DNA of 64,000 nt from Flaccisagitta enflata (taxonomy: Eukaryota): NCBI GenBank assembly GCA_965153355.1, contig OZ231126.1, positions 13,454,001-13,518,000 on the forward strand, written 5' to 3'. Made by a program: the position numbers and the translations under genes. Positions 18,065 through 31,864 of this stretch are shown here, in pieces; position 1 is the first letter of the stretch, and every line of letters starts with the position of its first letter. Below the pieces are notes generated by a model, which searched no databases, was not told where the DNA came from, and was given only the letters and a program-made list of their open reading frames with translations.

Positions 18065-18790
18065 TACCAGTAATGGCGGCTGTCGCCGTGAGGAAAAAAG
18101 TCGTAAGCGTTGGTCTCTTTTCACCAAGCTTTTATCTTTACTCACTGCAAATCTTTTTTTCGATTAGATCAAATCAAGAGCAATTGTATTGATTGCACTG
18201 AAAATCAGAGAAAAAAGGACTGAGCCAAATGAGCTAGATGAGCTAAAATGCTCAAAATCACTCAACCAGACAATCGGCTATGCTCACTTACATGCTTTCT
18301 TGTATTTACATGCTCCCATCAAAACATTTATCCCATTAAAAATCAAAAAAGAAAAGACTGAGCTAAATGAGCTAAGTGAGCTAAAATGCTAAAAAACACC
18401 CTCAAAGATGAGCCGTTATGGTCACTGATATGCTTTTTGTATCTGCTTTCTTAAACATGTATAAAAATATCTATTCATTCATCACATTTAAATAAAGAAA
18501 AAAAGAAACTCAGCTAAATGAGCTAAATGAGCTAGAATTCTCCTCACAGATGAGCAGCAATGTTCATAAACGTGTTTTGTTATATTTGCACGCTCAAACA
18601 AACATAGATACACTCCTTTTTTGATCCTACTCAAAATCATAAAAAATTGAAAAAAATTCAATTTGCAGTTTTTGTAAATAAATCTTTAAAAATTCATAGC
18701 GCAAAAAATATTTGTCGTAGAGCATTCTGCTTGGCGCCAAATGAAAGAGAATTATCAAATTTACTTACCCTATCAATTTCGTTTGAGGGA
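18065..18790 (+). mobile_element. Unclassified dispersed repeat; related copy at ~53275-54050
   Basis: Shared blocks GGCGGCT(G/C)TCGCCGT..GGAAAAAAGTCGTAAG (~18075, ~53287) and ATTCTGCTTGGCG(C/T)CA..GAAAGAG (~18724, ~53866, ~53972). Internal GAGCTAAAT repeats. Confidence 0.55.
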
Positions 18791-19294
18791 CCAATCAGCC
18801 GGAAGAGATGCACAACTTCCTCATAAGAAAATGAAAACCCTGTTTCTCTTGAATATGTCAAAAAGTCGAAGACTGACTTTGACTTTTTTCCCGATAAATG
18901 TGGTTTTTTCAGGAAAATCTTTTTCTCAAAATTGACTTTCAGTTCTCAAAATGCACTCAAGATCCAAAATAAGTATGTCTGTTGAGTGTTTACCTAAAAC
19001 CTATTTGAGACCATTGCGGCATCTGTAGATCAAATTATTCAGATATGTGAGCTAATTAAAGAAAAACAGTTCAGCTGACATCTCTACAATTTTTTTCATT
19101 TTTGAGATTGCATAGTTTCATTAAAAAGATATCAAGAAGATCATATCTTTTTCAAAAACATCCTTGAAATCTTTCAGCAAAAAAAAACTGCCAACACCCA
19201 TCCTCCTGGAGTTTCTTTCAGACTTTGGCTAACTTGTTTAGTTTTTGCGTATCATCCTTATCTTATGTGGTAGTTAGGAAAAATCATACTGTAG

Positions 19295-19373
19295 AGGAAG
19301 AAGAAGAGGAAGAAAAATAAAATGAAGAAAAGAAGACGACAAAGTAAAAGAAGAAGAAGAAGAAGAAGAAGAA

Positions 19374-19420
<47 letters not shown>

Positions 19421-19516
19421 AGAAGAAGAAGAAGAAGAAGAAGAAGAAGATGAAGAAGAAGAAGAAGAAGAAGTTGAAGAAAATGAAGAAAAAATGGACA
19501 CAGGGAAAGAAAAAAA

Positions 19517-19580
<64 letters not shown>

Positions 19581-19600
19581 AAAAAAGAAAGAAAGAAATA

Positions 19601-19643
<43 letters not shown>

Positions 19644-19680
19644 CAAGAAAGAAAGCAAGAAAGAAAGAGAAGAAAGAATA
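19295..19680. repeat. Compound (AAG)n/(AAAG)n microsatellite
   Basis: Directly visible. Another (AAG)n tract at ~17612-17715. Confidence 0.95.
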
Positions 19681-19963
19681 AAACGAGAACAAAAAAAAAT
19701 CAACAAACAGAGAAAAAGTAGAAGTTCTCTTTTTTCCGCTTGGCTCTCTAAATCCTGAAGATAAAAGTGACTTTAAGCATCGTTTATGCGGACAATCATT
19801 CAATTCAAGCCTTCAGCTTAGCTCAACTCAATGCAGCGCGGTGTGCCATACGTGTAGGAGTAGTTCAGATGAAAATTTTTGTGATCATCATTCAGCAATT
19901 AGGTACACCGACGTTATAGTTATACGATCGTTCCTAGATGGAGTATTCGTGTTTAATGCTGTC

Positions 19964-20429
19964 CAGGGGCCTGTAGAGGCCTGTACACCCTATACAGATT
20001 ATAGGGGCCCGGGCCTCAGGGGGGCCCGGAGGGCCCCTCAATTGTCATAGAAATAAAAAGCTTGTAAAATTCACCCCAATATATTTCGTGCATCACACAT
20101 TTTTTCATGAGTTATAAAAAGGAAAATAAAAGGTTAAAGGGAGAAAAGAAAAAAGAAAAAAAAAAACAGAAAAGAAAAAAAAACCAAGGCCCCTGAGGAA
20201 ATGGTTTACTTTTTTTAAAATACTAAATTTTTTTTCTTTTTTTCTTACAGATCAAAGTACTTAGTTTAACACTTGGATTTTCTTCTCCAAATAAAATCTA
20301 TGGAGACTGAAAAGTAATCCATAAAAAAACTATATGTGCTATCATTTTAGCTGGCAGTTGCGCCAAAACTAAGGGGGGGCCCGGATTTTTTTATTGTATA
20401 GGGGCCCGGAATTTCTCTGCTGGCCCCTG
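19964..20429. mobile_element. hAT-type MITE
   Basis: CAGGGGCC...GGCCCCTG termini. 8-bp TSD ATGCTGTC at 19956-19963 and 20430-20437. Subterminal GGGCCC motifs. Confidence 0.9.
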
Positions 20430-21161
20430 ATGCTGTCACTTACGTAACACAATTCTCAGTAAAGGAACAGATTAATAAGAACAATGACACAATCTGTTTT
20501 CCCCTTTTCAGCCATTTAACTAGATATCATGATACATTTCGGATCTTTATGTCAACTCTGACCAGACAAATTACTCACTGTGATAGACAGGCGTGACGAA
20601 TTGTCTGTTACACATATGTCAAAACTTTCTCTGAAAGTCTTTATCTTGCGTTTACCCTCCACGTTGACAATATACACAAAAAACCTAACCATTAACATGA
20701 ACACCACCATCTTGTCATTTATGCCCATAATCATTCACACTCGCGGGAGACGGAGAAAGAGAGAACGTGACCGGCGAAACTTCTGCCTGCTGGATCTGCT
20801 TTCTGAATCCTCACAATCACGGAACAAGTAGCGCGAGGTTACATAATTGATGCGGACAAGTGGGCAGGGGCACACAACCTCCTCTCCTACCTCCCATCAC
20901 CTCCCCCCTTCGAACCTCTCCCGAACCCCCCCCCCCCTACAAACATACACACACTGTATCTTTAAAATAAAACGCAATTCATCTTCAACACTTTCCAACT
21001 TAAGCGTGATCAATGGACTGACAGTCCATTGGACAGATGGACCAACATACGGACCAACGAACTGATAAAGCCTCTTATATAGCCGCCAGTCCGCGACTTA
21101 AAAAAAAAAAGAGCTTTGAATGTGGAAATCGGCGGCCTCTTAAGGCGAGGAGCGATTCGGG

Positions 21162-21813
<652 letters not shown>

Positions 21814-24039
21814 ACTTTCCATACCAACATTTACCCATCTAAACGCATTCATCCATTCATGCACAGAAGAGCAATTTTTGATGTTTCCTTTTGATGGAAT
21901 TGACATCAGAATCATCACGAACAAACTTGATGGTGTTTTCCATGCAGAAAAACTGCATAAAGCAAACACTCGATTGGTCTATTGCGTTGGAAACAGTAAT
22001 AGATATCAGAGGGTGTTCATTATCCTAACATTATCAACCTTCTTGTCTTATTATACAAATTGTATGATTCTAATTGGAAAAATAAAAGTGTGGACGAATT
22101 AGATCTATGGTTGATTCGTTGCCATACTCTATATTTACAGCACATATACGTCTATTTCGAAAATGGTGTTTTGAACATGAACATGTTTTTAATACGCAAA
22201 AAAGGAAGCAGCAGGACAATGTGAAATGACAGACAGTAAACAAATAGTAGGACACATCAGAGGCCAATAATATGATTTTCTTATGAGTTATGAGTCAGTG
22301 CTTCGGCAGAAATTTTTGGGTGCGGTTACAAAAAAATGCTTTGTGTGAAAATTTGATATCTATTCAGACGAGTAAATATACATTTTGACATGAGCAAAAA
22401 GCGAAAGCAAAAAAAGTGAAAGTTACAGGTTAATTCCGCGCATCGGGGTCCGCCCAAAAAACCCTGAGTCTCCACCATTGTAGAAGTGTCATCGCTCCTG
22501 CTGCTGCATTGAGTAAGGTCACAAAGGCTGGGTGACATACCTAACTACCTGGTGCGCCATACCAAACCAATTTTTGCTCCTCCAACTGTCCCTATGGGGT
22601 CCAAAACAGGGGTAGAAGGGCCTTTTTTGGCCTGTCCCGATTTTGTCCCTGTAAGCAAAAAGCTAGTTTAAGCAATCAAAAAATGTCAAGCAGAGTCATC
22701 CAATAGCTTGTAAGCCATCCCTATCCATCTATTGATATGTGCAAAAAATTTGAACTCAATAATTCAACTGTAAGACGAGAAAAATGACTTCAAATTATAA
22801 TACTCTTCCCCTTCATTTTTCTGTTATTTTTTTCTCAAAATGAGATAAGCTGACAGTTTTTTTTTGTAAGCCTATGATTGTTCAAACATTAAGCATTTTT
22901 TCTTTTGTCATTGCATTAACAACTAGTTGAACGACATTTCCTCCAAATTTCAAGGATTTTTTCCATTTCATTTTGGAGAAATCAACATTTTCCTAGAGCG
23001 TTACAATTCAAAGGTGCTCCTTGTTGGTAGTGTCACACTTGCGTCACACTATGATTCATACTCTGTCAAGGCATAGTAACATGATGAACGGAAAATTCAT
23101 CTACATGATGAGAAAGATTGTGAAATTCTGTACCTACATCCAAAATTTCAAGCCTTAACTCTAATTCGTTTGGTCACAATGAAATTACCAAGTTGATCAG
23201 TACTGAAATAGGGAGTGAATTGTAACGCTCGCCGACGAAGCCTCGTAGTTAATTCTTTGTTTCCACACAGCGCTTCTCACACAAAGGCGCGATGCTTTTG
23301 TGCCTCAATTTAGTAAAATTTCTTAAAATTCAAATTGGCTTATCCCAAAAACTATTTGAGCTAGCCCAATGAAATTTGGCATGGTTGTTACCTAGATCAA
23401 GAGGGTTCTTCACCTATATTCTGGTGTGTCTTAAAAAATGCCGAGGAGTCCCGACAGACCAACCAACCTACCAGAAAAAAAATTGAAAAAACGGCATAAC
23501 TTTTGAAATAATCGTCCGATCTGGTTGAAATTTTGCATGAAGCTTCCGTTAAAGATGCCTCGTCACTGGCATGAAACAGAGCTTGGCAAAAAAATTTTTT
23601 CCTCCAACAGCCCACCCAGCCAGAAATGGTACTTATAGAGATTTTTTCAAAAAACTCAAAATTTTTTTTGAAAATTCGGAAACATGATCATACATGATTG
23701 CTTGAACATATTCATCAAAAATTTGACTGTCATATTGATTTCTTCATTGTATTTAACTAAATTTATTATTAGTACGCTTGCAAAAAAATGTATAATTAGG
23801 CCTAATTTGTATGAAAAAAGAGCTTAGGTAAGAAAATCCAAGTATCAATTCATACATGATATAAGGTTAGCTACATGATGATGTATGGTTTTGTTCAATT
23901 TTCAACATTTCAAAATTGATGGATTTCACTCTGTCCACGGACCCTTTTCCATGACATTAACCTACACATTGTACACAATTCTTTTCTTAAATGTTATATA
24001 CAGTCAGTGAGGGCTTACAAGGCCCTCTTCCATATTTTT

Positions 24040-25742
24040 CGGTTTGGTCCTTCCGTCCTTCCGTCCCCCCCCCCCCCCCATGGGCCATTGAGACCTCATA
24101 TCCTCACTCTCAGGCCTGATTTAGGCCCTCTAAGCCCTCAAATCAGCTCTCTGGGCCTTAAATCAGCTCTCTGGGCCTTAAATCAGCTCTCCAGGCCTCA
24201 AATCAGCTCTCAAGGCATCAAATCAGCTCTCAAGGCCTCAAATCCGCTCTCCAGACCTCAAATCAGCATTCCAGGCCCCAAATCAGCCCTCCAGGCCTCA
24301 AATCTGCCCCCAAGGCCTAAGTTCTGCCCCCAGACCTCAAATATAATCTTCAGGCATAAATCTTCCCCCAGACCTCAAACCCCGCCTCAATTACCTCTTA
24401 GGCCTGCTATATACCCCCTCAGGAGGTCTGGAAATTTCCCCCTGTGTCCTACAGGACATCGGCCCTTTGGGGCCGCTGCCCTGCTCTGACTCCACTTCTT
24501 CACTTGATCACCCTAAGCAGGGCATCGGGTACCGCTGACCATGTGCGATCCTTGGATGACTAGTTTTTTTTAGAAGGCTTAAAGTTAATAGTCGCAAAAG
24601 CGTCAGGTGGTCAGCGGTACCCCTGGCCCCTAAGTTACTGTATGTTGGATATGGAGGTGAGGGGGGCAGTGGCTCAAAAGGAGTTGATGACCTATGCTTT
24701 GCTAGGATCTAAGCATTGAGGCTAGGATGTAAGCCTCAAGGCTTGGGTTTGAGCTAAGAGGCTAGGATTGAGCCACGATATTGGGATTGGAGCCATCAGG
24801 ATTGGATTGGAGCCTCTTGGCTAATTTTGGACACTTCAGGATGGGGTCCTAGCCTGGAGGCTGGAATTGGAGCCCGGAGAATGGGATTGGAGCCTCAAGG
24901 CCAGGATTGGAGCCCCAAGGCCAGGATTGGAGCCTCAAATCTGGTTTTGGAGCCTTGAGGCTGAGATTGGCGGACTGGAGCCTCAAGGCTGAAATTGGAG
25001 CCTCGAGGGTTGGATTGGGGCCTTGAGGCTAGGATTGGGTCCTCGAGGCTGGGTTTGGATCCTCGAGGCTGGAATTGGACCATGGGGGGACGGAGAAGGA
25101 GGAGAAGAAGAAGGAGAAAGTCTCCTATATACGTGAAAGCATAAGTCATCGGCCCCTTTAGGGCCACTGCCAACTAGTCATCCAAGGATCGCACATGGTC
25201 AGCGGTACCCAATGCCCTGCTTGGGGTGATCAAGTGAAGTAGTGGAGTGAGAGCAGGGCAGCGGCCCCAAAGGGCCGATGTCCTGTAGGACACAGGGGGG
25301 AATTTCCAGACGTCCTGAGGGGGAATATAGCAGGCCTAAGAGGTAATTGAGGCGGGGTTTGAGGTCTGGGGGAAGATTTATGCCTGAAGATTAGATTTGA
25401 GGTCTGGGGGCAGGCCTTAGGCCTTGGGGGCAGATTTGAGGCCTGGAGGGCTGATTTGAGGCCTGGAATGCTGATTTGAGAGCTGATTTGATGCCTTGAG
25501 AGCTGATTTCAGGCCTGGAGAGCTGATTTGAGGCCCGGAGAGCTGATTTGAGGCTTGGAGGGCTAATTTGAGGGCTAAGAGGGCCTAAATCAGGCCTGAG
25601 AGTGAGGATATGAGGCCTCGATGGCCAACCGGGGGGGGGACGGACGGACGGAAGGACGGAAGGACGGACGGATGGACGGACGTCTGGAAATTCCCCCCTG
25701 TGTCCCACAGGACATCGGCCCTTTGGGGCCGCTGCCCAAAAA
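24040..25742. mobile_element. Cluster of HINE-like family B elements: two copies tail-to-tail around a related third element
   Basis: About 24040-24566(+) and 25174-25742(-) are inverted copies. They share subTIR GGGCAGCGGCCCCAAAGGGCCGATGTCC, (GTCC)n, a 21-bp tandem (AAATCAGCTCTCCAGGCCTC-like) and the 3' end CCTTGGATGACTAGTT. The middle ~24600-25172 has a 20-bp tandem. Further family pieces at ~27074-27860 and ~6870-7012. Confidence 0.7.
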
Positions 25743-25997
25743 AGGATGAAAATCCTTTCATACGCTCATCATGCTTCGGACTTTTCGGCGTGCAACCGAG
25801 AATGTTATCACACAACAGAAATTGGTCGAGGAGTTGATCAAAACGATGGATAAAAGGACTTATCTATAGATTTGCAAAAAACATCAAAGGTTTTTAGTGA
25901 AAGTGGTTAGAGTTCAGAGTCGCCAAAAGACTCTGTGACTGATTTTAACTGAATTGACGGTCTCAACGGACGTGGAGGGACTGAGTCTGTAAAAAAA

Positions 25998-28608
25998 TCA
26001 CTTGTTCAGAATTTGCACTCTCGGTTTGAAGCGTAAACGCTTACGTAATTTCCAGAATGGAATAAACGACAAACTCGCCACCAATTGGCAAAACTCGAGA
26101 ATCGAAAGCATGGAAGCTCCCAGCCAAAGACCCAACAGCCCACCGATGGTGCCCAACATCTCAGCGAAAGACATGGCAGGCAACTGCTCTACCGTCGTTG
26201 TCACTAAATCACGATTGTACACAACAACTTTGACATAACTAAAAGGATTTCTGTAATAATCAAGATGCCCGAGGGACTCAACCTTCAGCTGCGTTTTAAA
26301 TATGGTCATGTTGCACTCGTCATGACAGACGGCTCGGTTCATTTCATCTGCGACGGATTTGTTTTTGAGATTAGCAAACAAAAGTTCCTTATTTTCATGC
26401 TTGGCTATGTAACAGAGTCGTTTTTGGTAATCAAATCGCTCAAACATGGGATATGCTCGAACAAGTTCGGTGGGAAACTGGTCCCTGCAACTACCGTGAG
26501 GCTTGGGAAGCCGGATTCTGTTTTCGTACGTGTAGCCGAAAGTTATCTGGTAGACATTCTCGTTAAATTGAATCGCAGAGTAACTTTCCGAAAACGTTGG
26601 AACGGCTTTTGGTGGATGGACCATCATCCAATTTCTTTCACAATATAATCTAGATTTGACATTCATGATTTGATAGCATTCGTTCCTATGCCTGCTCATA
26701 ATCTTCCAATAAAAGGTCAAACCTCGTGATTTGGATGGAATTTTTTGCCTTAACGTTCCTTCGTTGTTGAGAGTGTAGCAAATTCCAGCTTTTTCCCATC
26801 CTGGAAGAACACCGCTTGTAGGCAGAGGAGGTTTGAACACAAAAAAGGCGAACTTCCATTCACTTTTTAGACCCCTGTATCTTGATAACACCTTTGAAAA
26901 ACAAAATTCAAAAAGAAAACCTTTTTTTTTTAAGAGTTCTGTGCGTACAAATCATTATCAAATCCTTTGACAGATGTTTGGATAAAAAATAGATCTTTTC
27001 ACATTACTAGTCGCAAAAGCTTATCTCCATAAGTTGCAGTGTCAAATCTGTCAGTAACATTTGCGTTTTAGCCTTTTTGGGCAGCGGCCCCAAAGGGACA
27101 CAGGGGTGAATTTCCATGCGTCCGTACCAGACATTAAGATTGTGGAGAAGCGGGAAGCGCCGCTTCTCGGAAGCAGGGTGACGAAGTCGGAAGTCAGAAA
27201 AAAATAGCAAAAATGAAATTTCGGTTTGGAAGAGCACTTTAACAGTTATCACAAAACATTTTTTAATTAGATGATCTCAATTTTTTTGTGATTCCCATAA
27301 ATCTACCATTTTCATGATTAATTTACATAAAAAGAACTTGATTTTTCTATAAAATCACTGCTTTCTGCTCGTCGGAAACTTACAAGAAGAATTTTTGTTT
27401 CCCGGAAGCTTGGAAGAATATTAGTATCTGATCCGTACGTCCCCTCCCTCCAAAGCTTCTCAAGCCTCAAATTCCAATCGAAAAAATGGGAAATAGACAA
27501 AATGCAAACTTCCCATTGAATAACATGGCAAATTTGCAAAAAAAGCGAAAAAATGCATGTTTCCCATTGAATACCATGGAAAATTGATGAAAACTAAAAA
27601 AATGTAAAAATTCCCATTAAATAACATAGCATAATGACCAGAAATTGAAAAAAATGCAAAATTCCCATTGAATATCATGGATCATTGCTACTAAGGCATT
27701 ATATATGCCCTCTCAGGAAGTATGGAAATTCACCCCTGTGTCCTACAGGACATCGGCCCTTTGGGGCCGCTGCCCTGCTTTCACTCCACTTCTTCAACTC
27801 ATCACTCCAAGCAGGGCATCGGGTACCGCTGACCATGTGCGATCCTTGGATGACTTGTTCTTTCCTATGATCTCTAAAATCATTCCTAGATGCATGTGTG
27901 TCATATGTGAGCTTTATTTTTTATGATACTGCCTATGTTCGATTGTTCGATAATTTTGCTCTTTGTTGAGCTTGTCCTTATGAAATTGACGTGCAATTAA
28001 AAACAAAATCGTTACTACAAGGAACTGTCACCATATCAAACATTGTTAGCGTTTAAGGTTCATCAAAATTTTACACTTACATGCTTTTTGGTTTTAAACA
28101 CATTTTGATGGAACATTTCTTCAACTGGATGACTCAAATTAAAAACGATATCCTCGAATTTTTGCTCGATCAATTCAAATTGCATCTGGCGCATCCAGGT
28201 TTGGTTATTCTTCCCAAAAGATCCATTAATGTAAATGGAATAATTCAGACAAATGGTTCTGAGATTGACGGACTCTATGTTATCACATCTAGTCAACCAG
28301 TCATACACGGAGCTCCATCGCAAATGATTCGTGACGCAACAAGTGATGGCCGGAAATGGGACCCATCCTTTGTCTTGCAGCGTGTATTTAGTGACAGATT
28401 TATAAGTCAAATAATCATCAGCGACATGATAGATTTGGTAAATCGAGTAACTAGCTGCCATGAACCAGGCCATGCACCAAATCAGGCGGCTGAATCTAGA
28501 ATGTGCTCCAGCAGAGGAGTAAAACATTCGTTTGATGCCATGAGTAGAGGACTCTTCGACAAACTCCTTGAACAACGCCTGACAAGAGGACTTTTCCTTA
28601 CTTCCCAT
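25998..28608 (-). CDS. DEG/ENaC (ASIC/degenerin superfamily) channel subunit, 473 aa
   Basis: Exons 28608-28081 and 26891-25998 with a phase-0 GT-AG intron. Motifs: pre-TM1 STHG, TM1 RLIWCMAW, FPAITCC, TM2 EMLGTIGGLLGLWLGASMLSILEF with the GAS selectivity filter. Confidence 0.93.
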
Positions 28609-28688
28609 GATGTGCTGCTGTTCGATTCAAATTGAAAAGGACTTTTCCTTACTTCCCATGATGTGCTGCTGTTCGATTCAAATTGAAA
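28587..28688. repeat. 51-bp perfect tandem duplication spanning the DEG/ENaC start codon
   Basis: AGGACTTTTCCTTACTTCCCATGATGTGCTGCTGTTCGATTCAAATTGAAA twice. Confidence 0.9.
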
Positions 28689-29251
28689 ATCACTTTAATT
28701 AAACCTTGAAAGCCGGCAAACAATTAGCATAATCCGTTTGATGGCTCCCTTTATTAACCTTTCAAAATCAGTTATCTCTTACCTCTGATGAAAAAGGTCG
28801 TTATCTAGATTTCGGTTCAAGAAATGATGAATGTGTTTTGAGTCAGTAGAAAGGCACTTTTATAGCTGACCATTTGTTAATTTCTTGAATTTCAAATGAT
28901 GCAAATCAGATTTGTTTGAAAATGATTAGTAAAGAAAGGAGTTTATGATAGAGGGCCGTGAGACAAGAGTTGAAACGAGGCTCTGAAAGGATTGAAGCTG
29001 CGGAAAAAAAGTTGTAACTGCCCAGAATAAAGCTCATTAACAATTAATTTTGGGATCTAGTATGCCGCAGGTCGATGGAAATTAGAGCGCTAACATCGAT
29101 TTGCATCTTAAAAATGAAATCAAATTGGAGAGACTTTCGCCAGTAACCAATTCGCTATCGGGTCGAAGTGACCCTGTTAAAAAACTATCTTTTTGTCAGC
29201 GTTTCCGGTATAGTCATACGGCACACTGCAAAAAATGACAGGTTTGCATAT

Positions 29252-29559
29252 TAGGGTGGTCCCGAATTGGGTCAAATTTCATATATTGATATACTTGAGC
29301 CCTTTGCACAAATGTCCAATAAAAGAAGGACTTCTCACAAGCTGGGGCGTGAAATCAAACAAGAAACCTTGTCGGCAAAACTATAGGGTTGCTATGGGGA
29401 TTTTTTTTATTGTCATAGGAAGCCTATAGTTTTGCCGCCATTGTTTAATCTTCAAATACAGACCTCTACTTGTGGGAAAACCTTCTTTTTTGGTACATTT
29501 ATGCAAAAAACTAGAGTATATCATTTTTCAAAATTTGACCCTATTTCGTGACCACCCTA
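29252..29559. mobile_element. hAT-type palindromic MITE
   Basis: TAGGGTGGTC...GACCACCCTA termini. 8-bp TSD TTGCATAT at 29244-29251 and 29560-29567. Confidence 0.88.
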
Positions 29560-29690
29560 TTGCATATTCACACTGCCATCCATATTTCTCCTCCCTCCAA
29601 AAACAGACACTTACAGCTACAGTATTTGCACGGTATTGATTTTGGAGGAGATGTTTACTGAAAAATGAGAGTTAAACATATGTCACCAAA

Positions 29691-31573
29691 CTACAGTATG
29701 ATCCATCTCGACTGTAACATTTCACGACGGCATTGCTCATCAGTCTTCTTCTTCATCTGAGACTGAGTGATCTGGATTGATCCATCATTTGATGATGAAG
29801 CTTTTTTCTCAGTCGCGATTTCCCCTTGAGACTCGACGGACGGTTTGACGGCCTGATCGTGACAATGCAAGTCGTAATCGGGCCCAATCGGTGTATCGGC
29901 CGGCAGCACCTCGATATCCAACCTGTCCCAGTCCTGGAATACAACGCCGTTACTTCCGATGAGTGTGCGATGATAGATCGTGAAGGTCCTCTTCGACCGG
30001 AAATTGGCCTCCATCGTCTGGCATGGGCCCCAATTCGCCGTCAGCTCCTTCGACGTATCATTGATCTGCTCCTCGAGAAGCCCGATACCTGGTAGCAGTT
30101 TGACAAGACTCATCATCGTCGTCGTCCCTGTTGTTGTTGTTGTTGCTGTTGTTGTTTAATGTGTTGCTGCTGTTGCTGCTGTTGTTGCTGTTGCTGGTGT
30201 TGGTTAAGTATTGTTGTTGTTGTTGTTGTTGTTGTTTTTGTTATTGTTGTTGTGGGTGGTGGTGGTGGTGGTGGTGGTGTGGTGGTGGTGGTGGTGGTGG
30301 TGGTGGTGGTGGTGGTGGTGGTGGTGGTGGTGGTCACAATGAGCCATACCAGAGTAAAACGAAAGAAAAGCGAACATTACCTGCGTAAAGACACATCTTA
30401 TGTCCAAATTTCCCGCCGTAACGGAGCGTCAAGTTTCTTGGGTTGAAGTCCTCGAGCGTGTTGGTGTTGGAGTAGTGATACTGTAAAACCTTCTCTTCTC
30501 CGGATTCAAGCGGATGATCAATTTTGCTGTGTTCGTCATAGATGTTGGTTCCCGTGCTGTATTTTGTTTCCGAGTAGTGTGTGATTTTTAACGTCGCGTG
30601 GTGCGGCGGAGTACCATGGAAGCTGAAGGCAATATCGTCCTATTTGATCTCGGAATAAGTATAAAATAAATGGGTTTACTCAATGAAACGTTGTGAATGT
30701 GCATGTTTGTGTGCCCTATCGAGTGTCTAGTATGACAGTATGAGTTTATGTATGTGCTTCTTCAAGACAAATATGATTTCACTTCAATTATTTATACACA
30801 AATCGAATAAGGTTTTCAATTCCGAGACCAAAGCGGCGCGTTTCGGGGATCCCCATTTTTTGAGTCCTATTTCATAAAAGGAAAAAAAGATTGTTGATTC
30901 GTAGTCAACAGCGCGGTTTTCTCCAAACAAGGCCGGATACACGACAATACAATTGCGGACAGTTGGGCAGGAGCAGTAATGCGAAAACCGCTCACAATTT
31001 TGGAAATATGGACGGACAAACCGACATGGAAAGGTGTAGAGTCGCGTGTCCGCGTCTGAAAATGTTTGAGGCCATTTATTTTTTTAAAGTCTTTTTATAA
31101 GCGGCTTTTTAGTCGCGTGCTAGGCGACTCTACACCCCGCTTTGTCCGTCCGTCGGTCCGTCCGTCCGTCCGTCCGTCCGTCACACTTTACTTTTTTGGG
31201 GTTTTTGGGATTTTTGGCTTCACTGCTCCTGCCCAAATGATCTGATGACCTCAATTATGGCCCCTGCCCACCCGCACGCGACTGGCCCAGTCACTGGGGT
31301 AGCCGTGTATCCGGCCTTGTTAAATAGGGATAGGGGTGAGGTTAGGGATGGGCTAGGGGATGGTTTTAGGGCTAGGGTTAGGGACTGGGCTAGAATAAGG
31401 GCCAGGGGAAGATCGGGTTTATCTGTGATATACTGCCTACCAACAACACTCATTCAATTACATTGAACAAACTTGAAAAACATTCTTCGTCGACGTTGGC
31501 GCAGATGGCCGATCCAAAAAACAAGGCAACAACAGTGGTTGAAAAAAATGCAGAAAGACAACGTAGAAGCCAT
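29691..31573 (-). CDS. Uncharacterised secreted protein, ~255 aa; needs a 1-bp deletion in exon 1 (sequencing error or frameshifted allele)
   Basis: Exons 31573-31462, 30639-30381 (86 open codons, AG/GT bounded) and 30088-29691 (alternative in-frame acceptor at 30127). Removing one base of the A7 run at 31542-31548 gives the signal peptide MASTLSFCIFSTTVVALFFGSAICA, followed by NVDEECFSSLFN|DDIAFSFHG...HKMCLYA|GIGLLEEQ. Confidence 0.6.
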
Positions 31574-31864
31574 TTTAGAATAGGAGAGAGAGAGAAAAAA
31601 AAACTAAGCAGTTAGCCCGAATTGTTGCGCCCGCAGGAATTGTTGCGACTTGTTTTGACGATGTGAGTTTTTGTGTTTGAAAACGAGAAGTATTGATAAC
31701 ACTCGAGATTCTTTTTATGTGTTACAAAGTCCAAGCTCTAGGACTAGCTTTTAAATAGTTTGTCAACGATAGGCGATAACGAAAATAACGACGAGGCGGA
31801 AATAAGTCATTCATTCATTCGTTCATTCATTTATTGATTCATTCATTCATTCATTCATTCATTC

